Shown here one piece after another: positions 8,194 through 19,182 of a DNA stretch of 64,000 nucleotides (position 1 is the first letter of the stretch; each line of letters starts with the position of its first letter). The stretch covers positions 10,815 to 74,814 of the forward strand of contig JAGXBH010000003.1 in assembly GCA_018971185.1 (NCBI GenBank), given 5' to 3'. Both the position numbers and the translations under genes were made by a program. The notes below the pieces were generated by a model, which saw only the letters and a list, made by a program, of their open reading frames with translations, was not told where the DNA came from and ran no database searches. The DNA is from Acidobacteriota bacterium. Lineage in GTDB: Bacteria > Actinomycetota > Acidimicrobiia > Acidimicrobiales > RAAP-2.

Positions 8194-10008
8194 ATGACCG
8201 TGACCTACGAACACCACGACTACGACGTACTGATCATCGGCGCGGGCGGCGCCGGACTGCGCGCCGCCATCGAGGCCAAGCAGAGCGGTCTCAGCGTCGC
8301 CATCCTCACCAAGTCCCTCCTGGGCAAGGCCCACACGGTGATGGCCGAGGGCGGCATGGCCGCGGCCATGGGCAACGTCTACCCCGAGGACAACTGGATG
8401 GTCCACTTCCGCGACACCATGCGCGGCGGCAAGTACCTCAACAACTACCGGATGGCGGAGTTGCACGCCAAGGAGTCCCCGGCGCGCGTGCGCGAATTGG
8501 AGCAGTGGGGGGCGTTGTTCGACCGCACCAAGGACGGCAAGATCCTCCAGCGCGACTTCGGCGGCCACCGCTACGCGCGTCTGGCCCACGTGGGCGACCG
8601 CACGGGCCTCGAACTGATCCGCACCCTCCAGCAGAAGGTCGTCTCGATGGGCACCGACGTCTTCATGGAGGTCAAGGTCCTGCGACTGGTCCACGACGCC
8701 GACGGCCGCGTCGCCGGCTGCGTGGCCTACCGGCGTCCGACCGGTGAGTTCATCACTTTTGGGGCCAAGGCCGTGATCCTGGCCACCGGCGGGGCGGGCA
8801 AGTCCTGGCAGTTCACCTCGAACTCCTGGGAGGGCACGGGTGACGGACACGCGATGGCCCTGTGGGCGGGAGCGAACCTCATCGACATGGAGTGCATCCA
8901 GTTCCACCCCACCGGCATGGTCTGGCCACTGTCGGTGCGCGGACTTCTCGTCACCGAGGGTGTGCGCGGCGACGGCGGGGTGCTGCGCAACTCCGAGGGT
9001 CGGCGCTTCATGTTCGACTACGTCGCCCCGATGTTCCGCGCCGAGACGGCCGAGTCCGAGGAGGAGGCCGACAAGTGGTACGACGACCACACCGCGGGCC
9101 GTCGCCCTCCGGAACTCCTACCCCGCGACGAGGTGGCGCGCGCCATCAACGCCGAGGTGAAGGCCGGCCGGGGCAGCCCCCACGGTGGGGTCTACCTCGA
9201 CATCGCCACGCGTCGCTCGGCGGAGTTCATCCGTCGGCGTCTGCCCTCGATGTACCACCAGTTCATGGAACTCGCCGGGGTCGACATCACTCGCGAGGCC
9301 ATGGAGATCGGACCCACCTGTCACTACATCATGGGCGGCGTCCAGGTCGACGCCGACACCGCGGCCACGGCGGCTCGCGGTCTCTTCGCCGCGGGCGAAG
9401 TGGCGGGTGGCATGCACGGCGCCAATCGGCTGGGCGGCAACTCGCTCAGTGACCTCGTCGTCTTCGGCAAGCGCGCCGGCGAGGGGGCCGTGCGCTACAT
9501 CGCCGCGGGCGACGTGGCCGGCCAGATGAACGACCACCAAGTCGAGGCCGCCGTCGCCGAGGCCCTGGCGCCCTTCGAGCGTGAGGAGGGCGAGAACCCC
9601 TACGACATCCAGCGCGACCTCCAGGAGATGATGCAGGCCAACGTGGGCATCATCCGCACCCAGAGCGAGCTCGAGTACGCCCGAGGCCAGCTCGAGACCT
9701 TCACCGAGCGAATCCGCAACATCAAGGTGAAGGGCGGGCGGGCGTACAACCCCGGCTGGAACCTGGCCACGGACCTGCCCGCGATGATCACGGTCTGCAA
9801 GGCGGTCACCATCGGGGCGACGCTGCGCAAGGAATCGCGCGGCGGACACACGCGCGAGGACTTCCCGAGCGCGGACCCGGAGTTCGCCAAGTTCAATTTC
9901 GCCCATTCCACCAACGGTGGCAACTGGGACAGCGAGATCGTCACGAAGGAGTCGACCCTGCTGACCATGCCCGACGAACTCAAGGCCCTGCTCGAGGAGG
10001 CAAAGTAA
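8194..10008 (+). CDS. sdhA: Succinate dehydrogenase/fumarate reductase flavoprotein subunit
   Basis: GAGGAG, AHTVMAEGG covalent FAD His, QFHPTG, HGANRLGGNSL. Start at ATG 8194. Confidence 0.95.
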   Translation: MTVTYEHHDYDVLIIGAGGAGLRAAIEAKQSGLSVAILTKSLLGKAHTVMAEGGMAAAMGNVYPEDNWMVHFRDTMRGGKYLNNYRMAELHAKESPARVRELEQWGALFDRTKDGKILQRDFGGHRYARLAHVGDRTGLELIRTLQQKVVSMGTDVFMEVKVLRLVHDADGRVAGCVAYRRPTGEFITFGAKAVILATGGAGKSWQFTSNSWEGTGDGHAMALWAGANLIDMECIQFHPTGMVWPLSVRGLLVTEGVRGDGGVLRNSEGRRFMFDYVAPMFRAETAESEEEADKWYDDHTAGRRPPELLPRDEVARAINAEVKAGRGSPHGGVYLDIATRRSAEFIRRRLPSMYHQFMELAGVDITREAMEIGPTCHYIMGGVQVDADTAATAARGLFAAGEVAGGMHGANRLGGNSLSDLVVFGKRAGEGAVRYIAAGDVAGQMNDHQVEAAVAEALAPFEREEGENPYDIQRDLQEMMQANVGIIRTQSELEYARGQLETFTERIRNIKVKGGRAYNPGWNLATDLPAMITVCKAVTIGATLRKESRGGHTREDFPSADPEFAKFNFAHSTNGGNWDSEIVTKESTLLTMPDELKALLEEAK

Positions 10009-10787
10009 TGACCGACGTGACGATGCGAGTCTGGCGCGGCGACGCCAACGGAGGTGACTTCGAGGAGTACCACGTCACCCAGAACGAGGGCGAAGTGGTC
10101 CTCGACATCATCCACCGCATCCAGGCCACCGAGGCTCCCGACCTGGCCTGCCGATGGAACTGTAAGGCTGGCAAGTGCGGGTCGTGCGCGGCCGAGATCA
10201 ACGGCAAGCCGCGTCTCATGTGCATGACGCGCATGGACACGCTCCCCGAGGGCACCGTCACCGTGACGCCAATGAAGACGTTCCCGATCATCCGCGACCT
10301 CGTCACCGACGTTTCGTTCAACTTCGCCCAGGCCGAGCGGGTGCCCGCGCTCCTGCCCCCGCCCATGCCCGAGGACGGGTACCGGATGTACCAGGAGGAC
10401 GTCACGCGCGGACAGGAGTTCCGCAAGTGCATCGAGTGCTTCATGTGCCAGGACGTCTGTCACGTGATCCGCGACCACGAGGGCAACAAGCAGCACTACG
10501 CCGGGCCGCGCTTCTTCATCCGCTACGCGGAGCTCGAGATGCATCCCCTCGACACCAACGACCGTCGCGACCTCGTGCGCGAGGACATGGGTCTGGGATA
10601 TTGCAACATCACCAAGTGCTGCACGGAGGTGTGCCCCGAGCACATCAAGATCACGGACAACGCGATCATCCCGTTGAAGGAGCGCGTCGTGGACGCCCAC
10701 TACGACCCGGTGGCGTGGCTCGGACGCAAGATCCGACGTCGCACCAAGCGCTCGGCGAGCGACGCCGCCGTCCAACCCGCGCCCTAG
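10008..10787 (+). CDS. sdhB: Succinate dehydrogenase/fumarate reductase iron-sulfur subunit
   Basis: CKAGKCGSC, CIECFMCQDVC, CNITKCCTEVC cysteine clusters. Confidence 0.95.
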   Translation: MTDVTMRVWRGDANGGDFEEYHVTQNEGEVVLDIIHRIQATEAPDLACRWNCKAGKCGSCAAEINGKPRLMCMTRMDTLPEGTVTVTPMKTFPIIRDLVTDVSFNFAQAERVPALLPPPMPEDGYRMYQEDVTRGQEFRKCIECFMCQDVCHVIRDHEGNKQHYAGPRFFIRYAELEMHPLDTNDRRDLVREDMGLGYCNITKCCTEVCPEHIKITDNAIIPLKERVVDAHYDPVAWLGRKIRRRTKRSASDAAVQPAP

Positions 10788-10790
10788 ACC

Positions 10791-11153
10791 GTGGCCGACT
10801 TCCTCTCGGACCAGTGGTTCGAGGATCTCACCGCCCGCCTCGCCCACGCCTCTCCGGGGCCGCTCCCCGACGAAGCGCGGCCGTGTCGGCTGGTGGTCGA
10901 GTTCACCGAGGCGCCCGATACGTTGACGTCGTCACTCACGCTCGCGGTCAGCGCGACCTCGCTCCAGGTGACCCCGGGAGAGGAGCCCCCGGCCGACGCA
11001 TACTTGCGTATTGGCTATAGCGACGCGGCGGCGATCGCCCGCGGTGATCTCGACAGCGCCACCGCCCTGCGCGACGGGCGCATCAAGGTCCGCGGCGACG
11101 CCAGCGCGATCGCGCCGCTCGCGAACTGGCTGCTCGCGATCCTGGGCGACTGA
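10791..11153 (+). CDS. SCP2 sterol-binding domain protein
   Basis: FLSDQW start, GDLDSATALRDGRIKVRGD SCP2 signature. Confidence 0.8.
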   Translation: MADFLSDQWFEDLTARLAHASPGPLPDEARPCRLVVEFTEAPDTLTSSLTLAVSATSLQVTPGEEPPADAYLRIGYSDAAAIARGDLDSATALRDGRIKVRGDASAIAPLANWLLAILGD

Positions 11154-11182
11154 AGCGGCGCGGAGCGCCCTACCATGGCGGG

Positions 11183-11701
11183 ATGCCCGCCATCGAACAC
11201 GTCGACGTCTCCCCTCCTCTCTTGTCGGGGTCCGAGGCCACGGTGACGTGGTCGATGGTCGACTACTACCGCAGTCTCCTTCTCTTCAAGTGCGAGGGCC
11301 TCGACGACGCGGACCTACGGCGTCGCGCGGTGCCGTCGTCGAACCTCACGCTGCTCGGACTCCTGCGCCACCTGACCAAGGTCGAACATTACTGGTTCCA
11401 GCGATGCTTCCTCGGGCGCACCGAGCCCGCGATCTACTCCACGCGCGAGCACCCCGACGCCGACTTCGAGCGTCTCGACGACACCGCGACCGACGAGGTG
11501 GTGACCCGGTATCTCGCCATCTGCAACGAGTCGCGCGCCGTTGCGCGCGACCACGAGCTCACCGAGATCGCCGATCAACGACGCGACGGCCAACCCGTCA
11601 GTCTCCGATTCATCGGCGTGCACATGGTGGACGAGTACGCGCGCCATCTCGGCCACGCCGACCTCATCCGCGAGGCCATCGACGGAGCGACCGGCGGGTG
11701 A
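11183..11701 (+). CDS. DinB superfamily (DUF664-like) protein
   Basis: KCEGL, LLGLLRHLTKVEHYWF, HMVDEYARHLGHADLIRE His triad. Confidence 0.88.
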   Translation: MPAIEHVDVSPPLLSGSEATVTWSMVDYYRSLLLFKCEGLDDADLRRRAVPSSNLTLLGLLRHLTKVEHYWFQRCFLGRTEPAIYSTREHPDADFERLDDTATDEVVTRYLAICNESRAVARDHELTEIADQRRDGQPVSLRFIGVHMVDEYARHLGHADLIREAIDGATGG

Positions 11702-11765
11702 CCGGCGACCGCCCACGTCGCCGACGACGCGTGGCCACGACGGCCGTCACCGGTCCGCTCTCGGT

Positions 11766-12755
11766 TCAGACCAGCCCGAGTCCGCGCACGTCCTCGCGCT
11801 CGGCGAGCAACTCGTCCGTCGTCACCTTGATGCGCTGCGCCGCGAACTCGTCGATACCGAAGCCCTCCTTCACCGACCATCCGCCCTGGGCGTCGACGAC
11901 GACGGGGAAACCGAAGGTCAGCCCCTCGGGCACGCCGTAGCTCCCGGTCGAGGTCACGCCCACCGAGACGCAGTCGCCCTCGGGCGTGGGCGTAGTGAGA
12001 CTGACCACCGTGTCGATGGCGGCGTTCGCGGCCGAGGCGGCCGAACTCGCCCCTCGCGCCTCGATGATGGCCGCGCCGCGCTTCTGGACGGTCGTGATGA
12101 ACTCGCCGCGCAGCCAGTCGTGGTCGGCGATCGCCTCGGTCGCGCGCACGCCCCCGAGGGTCGCGTTGGCGAAGTCGGGGAACTGGGTGGCCGAGTGGTT
12201 CCCCCAGATCGCGAGGTTCCTCACCTGCGAGACGGGCACGCCCGCCTTCTTCGCCAGTTGCGTCTCCGCGCGATTCTGATCCAGACGGGTCATGGCGAAC
12301 CAGCGGTCCGCCGGGACCTCGGGCGCGTTGGAGCGGGCGATCAGGCAGTTGGTGTTGCAGGGGTTGCCCACCACGAGCACCCGCACGTCGTTCGCGGCGT
12401 TGGCCGCGATGGCGCGCCCCTGGGGCTTGAAGATCCCCCCGTTGACGTTGAGCAGGTCGCCGCGCTCCATGCCCGCCTTGCGCGGGATCGAGCCGACCAG
12501 CAACGCCCAGGACGTGTTGGTGAAGGCGTGGTCGAGGTCGCTGGTCGCCTCGATGTCGCTGAGCAACGGGAAGGCGCAGTCGTCGAGCTCCATGACGACG
12601 CCCTCGAGCGCCTTCATCGCCGGTTCGATCTCCAGCAGGCGTAGAACGATGGGCGTGTCGGGGCCGAGCAGCTGGCCCGAGGCGATGCGGAACAACAGGG
12701 AGTAGCCGATCTGGCCGGCGGCGCCGGTGACGGTGACGTGGACGGGGGTGGTCAT
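11766..12755 (-). CDS. mdh: Malate dehydrogenase
   Basis: [33 protein letters not shown]. Confidence 0.96.
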   Translation of the reverse strand: MTTPVHVTVTGAAGQIGYSLLFRIASGQLLGPDTPIVLRLLEIEPAMKALEGVVMELDDCAFPLLSDIEATSDLDHAFTNTSWALLVGSIPRKAGMERGDLLNVNGGIFKPQGRAIAANAANDVRVLVVGNPCNTNCLIARSNAPEVPADRWFAMTRLDQNRAETQLAKKAGVPVSQVRNLAIWGNHSATQFPDFANATLGGVRATEAIADHDWLRGEFITTVQKRGAAIIEARGASSAASAANAAIDTVVSLTTPTPEGDCVSVGVTSTGSYGVPEGLTFGFPVVVDAQGGWSVKEGFGIDEFAAQRIKVTTDELLAEREDVRGLGLV

Positions 12756-12780
12756 GGTTCTCCTTGGCGGGGTTGGCGGA

Positions 12781-13977
<1,197 letters not shown>

Positions 13978-14022
13978 ATCGCCCATCCTATGACGTCACG
14001 CCTGGTCGTTCCCGATGGCGCG

Positions 14023-14895
14023 CTAGGGTCGTCGGACCCCATGGGGACCGAAGAGGGTTTCGTGGATCTCGCGCGTCGCCGTTGATCGATTCAGGGTGTA
14101 GAAGTGCAGCCCCGGCGCCCCGGCGTCGAGGAGTTGCTCGCAGAGTTCGCTGGCCGCGCGCACGCCTTCGTTGCGCACCGCGGGGGCTCCCCCGACCGCG
14201 TGGGCGGCCTCGAGGCGTGCGACGAGCGACGCTGGCACCGCGGCGCCCATCTGGGCCATCCGGGGCACTCCCGCGAGGGTCGTCACCGGCATGATGCCCG
14301 GCAGCACCGGCTTGGTCACGCCCAATTCAGCCAATTCCGCCACGAGCGTCGTCCAGTCGTCGCGCTCGAAGAAGAACTGGGTGACCGCGAAGTCGGCGAG
14401 CCGCAACTTCTCGGCCAGGTGACGTCGGTCGCTGCGCCGGTCGGGTGAGCGCGGGTGGCCCAGGGGATGAGCCGCCACGCCGATCGAGAACCCCCCGACG
14501 TCACGAGCCAGTTCCACCAGGTCCACGGCGTGGCGGAACTCCGAGGTCACCAGCGCCGGGTCAGCGGGGATGTCACCGCCCAGCGCCATCACGTTCTCAA
14601 CCCCCGCAGCCAGGTAGTTCTCGAGGATCTCGCGCATCTCGGCCCGACTGTGCCCGACGCAGATGAGGTGGGCCATCGCCACGAGGTGTCCGTGACGTTC
14701 AATGTCGGTGACCAAGTCGAACGTCCGCTGGCGCGACTCGCGCCCGCCGCGGTAGGTGACCGACACGAACGAGGGTTCGAGGACCTCGAGATCGCGAAAC
14801 GTGTCGGCGAGGACCCGCGCCTCCTCGTCGTCCTTGGGCGGCATGAATTCGAAGGACCGCGTCGGCCCCGCGGCGAGCAGGTGATCGATCCGCAC
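14023..14895 (-). CDS. metF: Methylenetetrahydrofolate reductase
   Basis: SFEFMPPK, FVSVTY, TQFFF, HFYTLN. Confidence 0.92.
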   Translation of the reverse strand: MRIDHLLAAGPTRSFEFMPPKDDEEARVLADTFRDLEVLEPSFVSVTYRGGRESRQRTFDLVTDIERHGHLVAMAHLICVGHSRAEMREILENYLAAGVENVMALGGDIPADPALVTSEFRHAVDLVELARDVGGFSIGVAAHPLGHPRSPDRRSDRRHLAEKLRLADFAVTQFFFERDDWTTLVAELAELGVTKPVLPGIMPVTTLAGVPRMAQMGAAVPASLVARLEAAHAVGGAPAVRNEGVRAASELCEQLLDAGAPGLHFYTLNRSTATREIHETLFGPHGVRRP

Positions 14896-14899
14896 GGGT

Positions 14900-15271
14900 C
14901 TAGGAGCGTCCGAAGTCGTCTTCTAGGCGCACGATGTCGTCCTCGCCGAAGTACGTGCCGTGCTGGACCTCGATGAAGACCACCGGCTCGGTCCCGTGGT
15001 TCTCGCACCGGTGCGCCGCGCCGATCGCGATGTCGACCGACTCGCCGGGTGCGAGCTCGAGGACCTTCCCGTCGAGCACCACGGTGGCGACCCCCGAGAC
15101 GACGAACCAGTGCTCGGCGCGGAAACGGTGGGTCTGGTAGCTCAGGCGCTTGCCCGGTGACACGACGATGCGCTTGACCTTGTGGTCCGGCGCGACGCTG
15201 TCGAGCACCGTGTAGTTGCCCCAGGGTCGCTCGTCGAACTCGCGACCCTGTTCATCAGTGGTGGTGGTCAT
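14900..15271 (-). CDS. Mannose-6-phosphate isomerase type II C-terminal cupin
   Basis: RPWG, KRLSYQTH, EHW, GEDDIVRLEDDFGR. ATG overlaps folD stop. Confidence 0.88.
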   Translation of the reverse strand: MTTTTDEQGREFDERPWGNYTVLDSVAPDHKVKRIVVSPGKRLSYQTHRFRAEHWFVVSGVATVVLDGKVLELAPGESVDIAIGAAHRCENHGTEPVVFIEVQHGTYFGEDDIVRLEDDFGRS

Positions 15272-16119
15272 TGGACTCTCTCCGCGGCGTGGACGGCGTT
15301 TCGAAGCAACATGGCGCGCGTCATCGGACCCACGCCCCCGATGCGCGGCGTGATCCAACCCGCCACCTCGGCGACGTCGTCGGCGACGTCGCTCATCAAC
15401 TTAGTCCCGGACCAGCTGGTACCCGCGCCCACCACGGCCGCGCCGGGCTTGACCATGTCGCGGGTCACCAGGCCGGCCACGCCGGCCGCGGCGACGATCA
15501 CGTCAGCGGTCCTCGTGAGGGCTCCCATGTCGTCCACGCCCGTATGCACGACGGTCACCGCCGCGTTGCAGCCGGGACGCTTCATGGCCAAGAGCAGCGA
15601 CAACGGACGGCCGATGGTGAGCCCGCGTCCGATGATGACCACGTGGCGGCCCTCGACGGGCACGGCGTGGGCCGCCAGTAGCTCGACGATGCCGGCCGGC
15701 GTGCACGGTAGCGGTCCCGGTCGACTCATCACCAGACGGCCCAGGTTCGTGGGGTGGAGTCCGTCGACGTCCTTCTCGGGCCGCACCCGTAGGAGCACCT
15801 GCTCCTCGTCGATACCTGGCGGCAGGGGCAGCTGCACCAGGATCGAGTGCACGTTCTCGTCCTCGTTGAACCGGTCGATGACCCGTTCGACGTCGGCCTG
15901 CGAGGCACTCGCGGGCAGTCCCTCGTGGAACGAGCGGATGCCGATCGCCTCGCAGTCGGCGTGCTTCATCGCGACGTACTTCGCGCTCGGACCGTCGTCG
16001 CCCACCAGCACCGTGCCCAGGCCCACCGGTCGGCCCAGCGCGGCCAGTCGGGCCACGCGGTCGGCCAGCTCCATCTTGATGCGACCCGCGAGACGTTCGC
16101 CGTCGAGTAGTTCAGCCAC
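15268..16119 (-). CDS. folD: Methylenetetrahydrofolate dehydrogenase/cyclohydrolase
   Basis: YVAMK, VQLPLP, KDVDG, PCTP, GGVGPMT. Confidence 0.95.
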   Translation of the reverse strand: MAELLDGERLAGRIKMELADRVARLAALGRPVGLGTVLVGDDGPSAKYVAMKHADCEAIGIRSFHEGLPASASQADVERVIDRFNEDENVHSILVQLPLPPGIDEEQVLLRVRPEKDVDGLHPTNLGRLVMSRPGPLPCTPAGIVELLAAHAVPVEGRHVVIIGRGLTIGRPLSLLLAMKRPGCNAAVTVVHTGVDDMGALTRTADVIVAAAGVAGLVTRDMVKPGAAVVGAGTSWSGTKLMSDVADDVAEVAGWITPRIGGVGPMTRAMLLRNAVHAAERVQ

Positions 16120-16126
16120 GGTCCTC

Positions 16127-17668
16127 CTAGTGCCGGAAGTGACGCTCGCCGGTGAGCATCATGACGATATCGGCGGCGTTGGCGGCGTCGATGACCTCCT
16201 GGTCACGCACCGACCCGCCGGGTTGCACGACGGCGGTGACGCCGGCGCTGGTGAGCGCGTCGAGCCCGTCGGCGAAGGGAAAGAACGCGTCGGAGGACGC
16301 CGAGGATCCCACCGCCTTCTCGCCCGCCTTGGACGTGGCGATCCCCGCCGCCACCACCCGCGACTGCTGCCCCGCGCCGACGCCCACCGCCACCCCGTCA
16401 CGGGCCAGGACGATGGCGTTCGAGGTCGTGCGCGCGCACACCCGCCAGGCCAGGGCCAGGTCGCGCAACTGCTCGGGCGTGGGTTGACGCGCGCTCACGC
16501 ATCGCCACTGCTCCACCGGCACCAACAACTCATCGGCGTTCTGCACGAGCGCCGTGTGTCCGAAGGTGCGAATCGAGCGCCCGAGCGCCTCGGGGGCCGG
16601 AGCGCTGAGCAGCCGGGTCGCCTTGCGCCGTGCGACCAGCGTGGCGATCGCCCCGGGCGTGAGCGACGAGGCGATGATGACGTCGGCCTGGGGACCGGCG
16701 GCGATGAGCGTGGCGAGGGCCTCGTCGAGCTCGCCCCCCACCGCGATGATCCCGCCGAAGGCGCTCTGGGGGTCGGCGTCGAGCGCCTTGGCGAACGCCT
16801 CGTGCAGGGTCGCGGCGACCGCGGCCCCCGAGGCGTTGGCGTGCTTGATGATGGCGACCGCCGAGAGTCCCGGCGCGTCCTGGGCGAGCTCGTGGACCAG
16901 TCGCCACGCGGCGTCGGCGTCGAACAGGTTCAGGTACGAGAGGGCGGTGCCGGCGTGCTGGAGCACACCGTCCCACCAGGGCGTGGTCCCCGCCACGCGG
17001 TAGCGGGCGCCGATCTGGTGAGGGTTCTCGCCGTAGCGCACGACGTCGGCGCGCTCGAGCGTGAGGTGCAGGGTCGTGGGGACCACCACGTCCGTGGCGT
17101 CGGGGGCCGCGCCGATGGCGCCGCCGCGGTCCATCCACGCCACGATCTCGGCGTCGTAGGCGGCGGTGTGGGCGAAGGCGGCGCGCGCGAGCTCGTGACG
17201 CGTCGCGTCGCTCAGCCCACCGGACTCGCGCAATTCCTCGAGCACCACGTCGTACTGACGCGGACTCGTCACCACCCCGACGTGGTGATGGTTCTTGGCG
17301 GCGGCGCGCACCATGGTGGGTCCGCCCACGTCGATGAGCTCGATCGAGGGGTCCGTCGCGAAGGGGTAGAGGTTGCAGACCACCAAGTCGATGGGGACGA
17401 TGTCGTGGGCGCCCAGGGCGGCGACGTGCGAGGCTTCGGAGCGATCCGCGAGGATGCCGCCGTGGATGCGCGGGTGCAGCGTCTTGACGCGCCCGCCGAG
17501 CATCTCGGGGAAGCCGGTGACCTCCGCGACGTCGAGGTGCGCCACGCCGGCCTCGGTCAGGGCGCGCGCCGTCCCGCCCGAGGCCACCAGTTCGATCTCG
17601 AGCGACGCCAGGCCTCGCGCGAAATCGACGAGCCCCGTCTTGTCCCACACACTCAGCAACGCTCTCAT
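16127..17668 (-). CDS. purH: Bifunctional AICAR transformylase/IMP cyclohydrolase
   Basis: RALLSV, GRVKTLHP, YGENPHQ, SDAFFPF, RHFRH. Confidence 0.96.
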   Translation of the reverse strand: MRALLSVWDKTGLVDFARGLASLEIELVASGGTARALTEAGVAHLDVAEVTGFPEMLGGRVKTLHPRIHGGILADRSEASHVAALGAHDIVPIDLVVCNLYPFATDPSIELIDVGGPTMVRAAAKNHHHVGVVTSPRQYDVVLEELRESGGLSDATRHELARAAFAHTAAYDAEIVAWMDRGGAIGAAPDATDVVVPTTLHLTLERADVVRYGENPHQIGARYRVAGTTPWWDGVLQHAGTALSYLNLFDADAAWRLVHELAQDAPGLSAVAIIKHANASGAAVAATLHEAFAKALDADPQSAFGGIIAVGGELDEALATLIAAGPQADVIIASSLTPGAIATLVARRKATRLLSAPAPEALGRSIRTFGHTALVQNADELLVPVEQWRCVSARQPTPEQLRDLALAWRVCARTTSNAIVLARDGVAVGVGAGQQSRVVAAGIATSKAGEKAVGSSASSDAFFPFADGLDALTSAGVTAVVQPGGSVRDQEVIDAANAADIVMMLTGERHFRH

Positions 17669-18286
17669 CTACACATTCTCCATCTCTCGGGCCACCGAGG
17701 CCACGGAGCGTCCCTCGTCGAGCGCCGCCATCACCCTAGTGACGACCATCGGATAGAGCACGCGCTCGACGCCCTTGATCCGCTCGTGGAGGCTGGCCTC
17801 GCTGTCGTCCGCGCGCACGGCGACGCGTCGCTGGGCCAGGATCGGACCGTCGTCGAGCTCGACGGTGGCCACGTGCACGGTGCACCCCGTCTCGTCGACG
17901 CCACTGGCGAGCGCCTGGGCCACCGCGTGCCACCCCTTGAAGTCCGGCAGCAGACTCGGGTGGGTGTTGAGCACCCGCCCCGGGAAGGCGTCGTGGAACG
18001 CCGCCGTGACCACCGTGCCGAAGCCGGCCATCGCCACCAGGTCGACCCCGCGCTCGCGCAACGCCGTCGCCAGGTCCTTCGAGTAGCGCGCGCGATCGAA
18101 GTCCGCGCTGAATCCCCCGTAGTCCGCGCGGTCGAGCAGGAGCGTCTCGACGCCCGCGCGCGCGGCCACGTCGAGACCCCGACAAGGACGGTCGGCCCCC
18201 ACCAGGGCGACGTGCACGTGTTGCTCGATGAGGGCCTCGAGGATGGTGCCCGAGCCCGAGACGAGGACGCAGAGTCGGACGCCCAA
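17669..18286 (-). CDS. purN: Phosphoribosylglycinamide formyltransferase
   Basis: VSGSGT, LNTHPSLLP, TGCTVH, DDGP. Confidence 0.95.
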   Translation of the reverse strand: MGVRLCVLVSGSGTILEALIEQHVHVALVGADRPCRGLDVAARAGVETLLLDRADYGGFSADFDRARYSKDLATALRERGVDLVAMAGFGTVVTAAFHDAFPGRVLNTHPSLLPDFKGWHAVAQALASGVDETGCTVHVATVELDDGPILAQRRVAVRADDSEASLHERIKGVERVLYPMVVTRVMAALDEGRSVASVAREMENV

Positions 18287-18289
18287 GGC

Positions 18290-19174
18290 CTAGAGCGCCT
18301 GGACGATCTCGACCATCTTCTGACCGGCCTCGGTGGGGTTGAGGCACACGTGCACCCCGGCCTCGGCCAGGGCGTCCATCTTGGCCTGCGCGGTCCCCTT
18401 CGAGCCCGAGATGATCGCACCGGCGTGACCCATCTTGCGCCCGGCCGGCGCGGTGACGCCCGCGATGTACGAGACGACGGGCTTGGTCATGTTGTGCTTG
18501 ATCCACTCGGCGGCGCGCTCCTCCTCGGAGCCGCCGATCTCGCCGATCATCATCACGGCCTTGGTCTCGGGGTCGGCCTCGAAGGCGGCGAGGCAGTCGA
18601 TGAAGTTGGTGCCGGGCACCGGGTCGCCACCGATCCCCACGCAGGTGGTCTGGCCGATCCCCTGCTGGGACAGCTCGTGCAGCGCCTGGTACGTCAGCGT
18701 CCCCGAACGCGAGACGATGCCCACCGGTCCGCCCGCCAGAGCGATGTCCCCCGAGGTGATGCCGATATTGCACTTGCCGGGGCTGATGATGCCCGGGCAG
18801 TTCGGCCCGAGGAGGCGCACGTCGGGGTACTCCTCGACCAGGCGGTTGTAGGTGACGGCCTCGTCGTGGGCGGGAATGCCCTCGGTGATGCAGACGATGA
18901 AGGTGATGCCACCTTCGGCCGCCTCGAGGATGGCCGCGGACGCGAACTTGGGCGGCACCACGACGAAGGACGCCGTGGCGCCCGTGGCCGCCACGGCCTC
19001 CTTGACCGAGTTGAAGACGGGGATGCCCTCGACGTCGGTGCCCCCCTTGCCCGGCGTCACGCCCCCCACGACCTTGGTCCCGTAGTCGCGGTTGCGCAGG
19101 CCGTGGAACTTGCCCTGACCCCCGGTGAGGCCCTGGACGATGACTTTCGTGTTTTCGTCGACGAAGATGCTCAT
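18290..19174 (-). CDS. sucD: Succinyl-CoA synthetase alpha subunit
   Basis: GPNCPG, SRSGTLTY, MGHAGA. Confidence 0.97.
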   Translation of the reverse strand: MSIFVDENTKVIVQGLTGGQGKFHGLRNRDYGTKVVGGVTPGKGGTDVEGIPVFNSVKEAVAATGATASFVVVPPKFASAAILEAAEGGITFIVCITEGIPAHDEAVTYNRLVEEYPDVRLLGPNCPGIISPGKCNIGITSGDIALAGGPVGIVSRSGTLTYQALHELSQQGIGQTTCVGIGGDPVPGTNFIDCLAAFEADPETKAVMMIGEIGGSEEERAAEWIKHNMTKPVVSYIAGVTAPAGRKMGHAGAIISGSKGTAQAKMDALAEAGVHVCLNPTEAGQKMVEIVQAL

Positions 19175-19182
19175 GGTGCTCC

